Below, in pieces: positions 59,112 through 64,000 of a DNA stretch of 64,000 bases. Made by a program: the position numbers and the translations under genes. Source of the stretch: Candidatus Yanofskybacteria bacterium RIFCSPHIGHO2_01_FULL_41_21 (lineage in GTDB: Bacteria; Patescibacteriota; Minisyncoccia; 2-02-FULL-40-12; GWA2-44-9). The DNA is taken from assembly GCA_001794025.1 (NCBI GenBank), contig MGJA01000003.1, forward strand, positions 76,909-140,908, written 5' to 3'. A model generated the notes under the pieces. It was not told the origin of the DNA and did no database searches. It worked only from the letters and a program-made list of their open reading frames with translations. Every line of letters begins with the position of its first letter. Position 1 is the stretch's first letter.

Positions 59112-61361
59112 ATGAGCATATCTAAGATATTAAAATACTGTATTTATGCCACGGCATTCATACCGTTGATTATATTTTCGCAGTATATGTCACCGTTTCA
59201 TTTTGGGAAGGTTGTTGTCTTCAGGAGTGTTATTGAAGCGATGGCCGTGCTGTATATATTACTTGTTATACTCCACCGTGAATACAAGCCCCGCGTTGAT
59301 AAATTATTTTGGGCATTTCTGACTTTCACTATCGTATACACACTCACTACTCTTACAAGTGTAAATACCTATCAGAGTTTCTGGGGGACGCTTGAACGAA
59401 TGGGTGGGGCGTACAGTTTTTGGCACTATTTTGTATTTTATATTATTCTCACTTCTGTTTTGCGAACTAAAGAAGAATGGATGACGTTTTTAAAAATAAC
59501 CGTCGTGGTTGGTGTCCTTTCAGCTTTCTACGGATTTGGTCAACGAATTCCAGCTTGTTCTCCTGGTAACCCTGATTGTTTTGGTTCATTTTTCATTGGG
59601 GGAGGAGGTCGGGAACGTATTTTCGGGACAATCGGTAATGCTGCTCTCTTTGCGGGCTATCAGATTTTAAATGTTTTCTTGGCTCTTGTTTTGGGTTTTG
59701 GGGCAACCAAGAAAAAGGAACGTAACTTTTTATTAATTTCAGCCGGAATAATGGGTCTTGCGGTATTTATGACCGCAGTTAGAGGTTCACTCCTTGGATT
59801 AAGTGTCGGAATTATAGTTTTTGCGGGATTATATTTTTATAAAACTAATTCAGCACAATCCCGAAAGATTTTTTTGGGACTTGTAGGTCTGGCAATCTTA
59901 TTTTTTGGATTTGCTCTTTTGTTCAAAAACACTTCTTTCGTTCAGGACTCGCCGTACTTGCGTCGTATTACTAATTTTTCCGTTTCTAATTATACGGTTC
60001 AAACACGATTCTGGGCTTGGCAGGCCGGTTTGAAAGGTTGGAGCGAAAATCCGAAGACAATTCTGGTTGGTTGGGGTCCGGAGAACTTTAATATTCCTTT
60101 TTCTAAATATTTTAATCCAAAATTCTTTGCCGGTCCTGGTTCAGAAACATTGTTTGATCGGGCCCATAACATGTTTGTTGAGGTTTTGGTGACCATGGGG
60201 TTGGTTGGTTTCCTGATTTACCTAGCTCTATTTGTTGTGATATTAAAATCACTATGGCGCCTAAAAGAAAAGCCAGAGTTTCGCATTCCGGCAATCGGAT
60301 TCATATCTATGACTATTGCCTATATGATTCATAATGCCTTTATCTTTGATACCTCTGCTAATTTTCTGGTATTTTTCAGTATCTTCGGGTTTATGACTTG
60401 GATGAATCGTTCAGAACCGGTGCCGGTTAAATCATTACACGAGACCACCTCTTCTAATCTCGTAATCATCACAGGTCTAGTGTTGGTTATTGGTGTCAGT
60501 ATTTTGATTTATCAAACAAATATCAAAACCGCAATTGCTAATTATGCCACAACTCGAGGTATTGTTGCCGGTTGGAATAAGGACTTCAATGGTGCCATAG
60601 CCAAGTATAGGGAAGCTACTTCATATAATGTGGCAGGTAGATATGAATATCGGAATCGTTATGCCCAATATTTATTAGATTTTAGTTCTTCTATTGATGT
60701 ATCTGCACCTAATGCCCAGTCAATTTTTAAAGAGGTTATTGCCTTAGAAGAAAAAAATGCTACCGAAAATCCGAAAGATTATTTACCGGAACTCTATCTT
60801 TCACGACTGAATATTGTTCTTGGAAAATCAGAACCCGAATCCCCTTATAATGATGAGTCCTTGAAGCATTCATTAAAAGCGTTGAGTTATGCGGAGACAT
60901 TTGTCCGTACCTACTATGAAATTGGTCAAGGATATCTAAATAAAAAGGACTACCAGAATGCCCAGATTGCTTTTCAAAAAGCGATTGATTTAAATCCGGA
61001 TGTTGGCGTTTCGTATTGGTATCTGGGATCCGTGCAGATGCAATCAAACCAAATTGAAAAAGCTCTGGTTAATATAGACATGGCGATTAAAAAAGGATAT
61101 ATCCTTTCCGAAAATGATTATCTTAATGTTGCAAACATCTACGTCAAAAAAAATGATTTTCAACATCTTATAACCATTTATGAAGGTCTACTGAAGCTTA
61201 AACCAACTAGCGCTCAATATATGGCTTCTCTTTCAGTTGTCTATAGTAAAGTTGGTCGGATTGATGATGCTGTTCGATTAGCTCGTCTGGCCGCTCAAAC
61301 TGATCCAAATTTCGAACCGGAAGCGATACGATTCGTTCAATCACTTGGCCGGCAATGGTAA
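59112..61361 (+). CDS. O-antigen ligase/Wzy_C-family protein with C-terminal TPRs (candidate oligosaccharyltransferase)
   Basis: RIFGTIGN, TAVRGS, TRFWAW, GWGPENF, DRAHN; TPRs; TTGCCA-17-TAATAT promoter ending 7 nt before ATG 59112. Confidence 0.85.
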   Translation: MSISKILKYCIYATAFIPLIIFSQYMSPFHFGKVVVFRSVIEAMAVLYILLVILHREYKPRVDKLFWAFLTFTIVYTLTTLTSVNTYQSFWGTLERMGGAYSFWHYFVFYIILTSVLRTKEEWMTFLKITVVVGVLSAFYGFGQRIPACSPGNPDCFGSFFIGGGGRERIFGTIGNAALFAGYQILNVFLALVLGFGATKKKERNFLLISAGIMGLAVFMTAVRGSLLGLSVGIIVFAGLYFYKTNSAQSRKIFLGLVGLAILFFGFALLFKNTSFVQDSPYLRRITNFSVSNYTVQTRFWAWQAGLKGWSENPKTILVGWGPENFNIPFSKYFNPKFFAGPGSETLFDRAHNMFVEVLVTMGLVGFLIYLALFVVILKSLWRLKEKPEFRIPAIGFISMTIAYMIHNAFIFDTSANFLVFFSIFGFMTWMNRSEPVPVKSLHETTSSNLVIITGLVLVIGVSILIYQTNIKTAIANYATTRGIVAGWNKDFNGAIAKYREATSYNVAGRYEYRNRYAQYLLDFSSSIDVSAPNAQSIFKEVIALEEKNATENPKDYLPELYLSRLNIVLGKSEPESPYNDESLKHSLKALSYAETFVRTYYEIGQGYLNKKDYQNAQIAFQKAIDLNPDVGVSYWYLGSVQMQSNQIEKALVNIDMAIKKGYILSENDYLNVANIYVKKNDFQHLITIYEGLLKLKPTSAQYMASLSVVYSKVGRIDDAVRLARLAAQTDPNFEPEAIRFVQSLGRQW

Positions 61362-61370
61362 TCGCTCCGC

Positions 61371-61559
61371 CCTTCCCATTTCTCTCGCTGTTCTCTCCGC
61401 CTGTCTCGTAACCTCAAGCTTTTCATTGCTTCCGAACAAATAGGCCACCTTGCCTCAACCCCGCTATTAGCGGGGTTTCGGTTCCTATTTGTTACCGGAA
61501 GAATTTCAAAGCTTTTCGGACGAGAAGACGGCGTCGTTCAACGCTCAGAAATGGAAAGG
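61371..61559. other. ~190-nt imperfect long hairpin of unknown nature
   Basis: Nested arms ccttcccatttct/agaaatggaaagg, aacaaatagg/cctatttgtt and aaccccgcta/tagcggggtt. Confidence 0.6.
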
Positions 61560-61626
61560 ACTTTGCTCTTTTTTAAAACAAGCGAGGCCATAATTATTTA
61601 CTCACATCTGCACGATTGGTAAAAAT

Positions 61627-61818
61627 GCTAAGCGAGTTGAGTTGAAAGCCATCAGAGACAATTGAGACGTTGCAGGAGTTGGTTGATATAATTAACGGTC
61701 AGCAGACCGATCAACCAACGAACTGCAATGCGAGTTTAGCTGAGGTGACGAAGGTAGCCCGAAGGGTACCGAGGATCCGGAGGCGTGTCGGTTGATGGCT
61801 TTCAACTCAACGAGCGTC
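61627..61818 (+). repeat. Structured repeat family B, copy 2
   Basis: Perfect 19-bp closing arms 61636-61654/61793-61811; core homologous to the reverse complement of 3336-3471. Confidence 0.85.
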
Positions 61819-63129
61819 CTATTTGCCGGCTTGGGAGAGGGCGATACGGATTGTTTTGAGGATTATACCGAGGTCAAGAAGGAAAGAACGATTTTTAATA
61901 TAATAGAGGTCATATTTTAATTTTTCGGCGGCATCTTTAACCGAAGCTCCATAGGGGTAATTAATTTGGGCCCAACCGGAAAGACCAGGTTTAATTAAAT
62001 AGCGTTCTTCATAAAATGGTACTTCGCGTTTGAGGGTCTCATGGAATTCCGGTCGTTCCGCCCGCGGACCAACCAGAGACATCTCGCCTTTGATGATATT
62101 CCAAAGTTGAGGAAGTTCATCAATTCTGGATCGGCGTAGGAATTTTCCAATCCCGGTAACCCGTTGGTCATCATCTTTAGCCCAAACTGCTCCCGTTGAA
62201 GCTTCTGCATCTAAAATCATCGTCCGGAATTTAATCATCTTAAATGACTTTCCTAGTCGGCCAATTCTGGTTTGAGTGTAAAATAACGGTCCCGGTGAAC
62301 CGAGTTGGATGGAAATAATAACAAAGGGATAGAGGACCAGAGAAATAGTTCCAAAAATAAGGCCAAAGATAATATCATAGAAACGTTTCAATGTTTCGTA
62401 AACCCGTTTATTCCCTTCGCTTAAATTTTCCAGAAACCAAATTTGATCTATTGCATCCAGTGGCACTCTACCCGTCAGTCGTTCATAGAAAGTTGCCAGA
62501 CCATAAAAGTTTATTTTTTGACCAAGTGCTTTGTAGAAAATATCTCTAATTTCCGGGGTCTGATAAGCGCTAGGACTGATGACAATTGTATCAAGGTTTG
62601 CGGTTGTCATTACTTCAGAAAGATGAGCGGTCTGTTGAATATCAATTATTTCTTTGACGGTATAGCCCAATTGGGGGTTTTCTTTAATAAATAATGTCAA
62701 TTCTTGGGCCTGTTCATTATCCCCAACAATCAGAATTAATTTTTTAAACCTTGTTTCAACGATGCTATTAAAAAGAGAACGTCCGCCGAATTCCAACATT
62801 GTAAATATGAGTATAAATAGTGCCAGGTTGGTCTTGGGAGCAATTCCGAAGAATGGGATTAGGTAAAAGAAACTGGTTGATATGACCGTAGCGACGATGA
62901 TTGCTTCAAAAAGTCGAGAATAAAAAAAGATTGTATTTCTAAGAGTGCGTTGATCATAAAGATTGGAGATATAAAAAATGACTAACCAAATAACGAAAAT
63001 AATGGTGAGAGGCAATAAATGGATCGCAAATTGTCCGCCTAGATTACTTTGATAACGTAAAGCGAGCATCGCTACAAGCGAACCGTAAAGGAGAGCAACA
63101 TCAATTAATAGAAGGGTGGTCTTACGCAT
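61819..63129 (-). CDS. Priming polyprenyl glycosylphosphotransferase (WcaJ/WbaP-like sugar transferase)
   Basis: KRFYDI, KFRTM, DELPQLWNIIKGEMSLVGPRAE, KPGLSGWAQ, YDLYY. Confidence 0.92.
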   Translation of the reverse strand: MRKTTLLLIDVALLYGSLVAMLALRYQSNLGGQFAIHLLPLTIIFVIWLVIFYISNLYDQRTLRNTIFFYSRLFEAIIVATVISTSFFYLIPFFGIAPKTNLALFILIFTMLEFGGRSLFNSIVETRFKKLILIVGDNEQAQELTLFIKENPQLGYTVKEIIDIQQTAHLSEVMTTANLDTIVISPSAYQTPEIRDIFYKALGQKINFYGLATFYERLTGRVPLDAIDQIWFLENLSEGNKRVYETLKRFYDIIFGLIFGTISLVLYPFVIISIQLGSPGPLFYTQTRIGRLGKSFKMIKFRTMILDAEASTGAVWAKDDDQRVTGIGKFLRRSRIDELPQLWNIIKGEMSLVGPRAERPEFHETLKREVPFYEERYLIKPGLSGWAQINYPYGASVKDAAEKLKYDLYYIKNRSFLLDLGIILKTIRIALSQAGK

Positions 63130-63241
63130 AGGTTACTTTAAAATGATACCATGTTTTTAAAATAATGCAACCCAAATCTATATGATTATATTACTCCTAA
63201 TTATGATACAATAAAATCAATTCTTGAACGTATAAACCTTT

Positions 63242-64000
63242 ATGTATCACCACTCCAAGCGTCTTAAGATATATTTTTTTGTCGCGGTTGTTATTTTATT
63301 TGGTCAATTGGGGACCAACAATATCTTAGCCGACACTCTTGGTGAGCATCATACTTTTTTTGTAAATCCGACTTTTGATGCGACGGAACGAACAAGTATT
63401 CAGGCCACACTTGAATATGTCGGTACCCACGCCTATTTTTATGTTGATGACTCATATTTGAATGGTCTTAACTCTTATGAGCGGGCCATTTTTAATCAGC
63501 AAGTTATCAGTACGGCCCAAGAATTTGATAATAATATTTATCCTAAAGAAACAACCTTTTGGGGTTCAGAACCAAATCCCGGCATTGATAATGACCCAAA
63601 AATTACAATTCTTCTTGAACGTCTCACCGCCGGTACGGGTGGCTATTTTGACAGCATAAATGGATTTTCAACGTCACAGGCAAATCGTACCAATCAACGA
63701 GAGATGATTATCGCTAACGCTCTTTCGGTTGGCACGAACCGATTAAAAATATTTTTGGCTCATGAGTTTCAACATCTTATCTCGTTTAACCAAAAAGAAC
63801 TTTTACGAGATTCTTCTGAAGATGTTTGGCTCAACGAACTTCGCTCGCAATACGCCATTACCGTAGCGGGATACAATGATGATTTTAGAAACTCTGATCT
63901 TTCTCAACGTCTGCAAACTTTTTTGAGTAATCCAACCGATAGTGTTACGGAATGGCCCAATACAAATCTTGATTATGCTTCGGTAACACTATTTGGTCAG
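63242..64000 (+). CDS. Secreted zinc metallopeptidase (M30/M6-like), 3'-truncated by the window edge and absent from the ORF track
   Basis: Manual translation from ATG 63242: signal/TM segment, PGIDNDPKITIL, GGYF, LAHEFQHLI (HEXXH), WLNE; frame open to the window end. Confidence 0.8.
   Translation, partial: MYHHSKRLKIYFFVAVVILFGQLGTNNILADTLGEHHTFFVNPTFDATERTSIQATLEYVGTHAYFYVDDSYLNGLNSYERAIFNQQVISTAQEFDNNIYPKETTFWGSEPNPGIDNDPKITILLERLTAGTGGYFDSINGFSTSQANRTNQREMIIANALSVGTNRLKIFLAHEFQHLISFNQKELLRDSSEDVWLNELRSQYAITVAGYNDDFRNSDLSQRLQTFLSNPTDSVTEWPNTNLDYASVTLFGQ

Noticed and set aside
61736-61775. Hammerhead ribozyme in family B (ctgaggtgacgaag)
   Set aside because: The CUGAUGA...GAAA core is not correctly formed or conserved in both copies.

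Overview
An AT-rich, gene-dense 64-kb window that is almost entirely one surface-glycosylation locus. The gene style (mostly no Shine-Dalgarno sites, leaderless-type promoters, Pro/Thr-linker surface proteins) suggests a Patescibacteria/CPR genome; this taxonomy is inference. It encodes about 9 GT4-type and 4 GT2 glycosyltransferases, about 6 GT-C-like membrane proteins (one TMTC-like with TPRs), an O-antigen-ligase-like/TPR protein, a priming sugar transferase and flippases. It also carries deoxysugar enzymes (RmlB, RmlD, cupins, two NDP-sugar C-methyltransferases, a ketoreductase, a DegT aminotransferase, a TylF/NovP O-methyltransferase) and a nonulosonic-acid module (NeuB, two NeuA) interleaved with two radical-SAM genes. 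No rRNA, tRNA, CRISPR, transposase or integrase was recognised. The most unusual signals are non-coding. (1) Five copies of a 114-bp element with terminal inverted repeats each sit at a gene junction, and the right end of each overlaps the next gene's ATG. (2) Two inverted copies of a ~190-nt structured element with compensatory base changes bracket the locus. (3) Two further long fold-back elements lie in the same spacers. (4) Heptamer tandem repeats sit in frame inside several genes. All product calls come from motif recognition by eye, with no database search.
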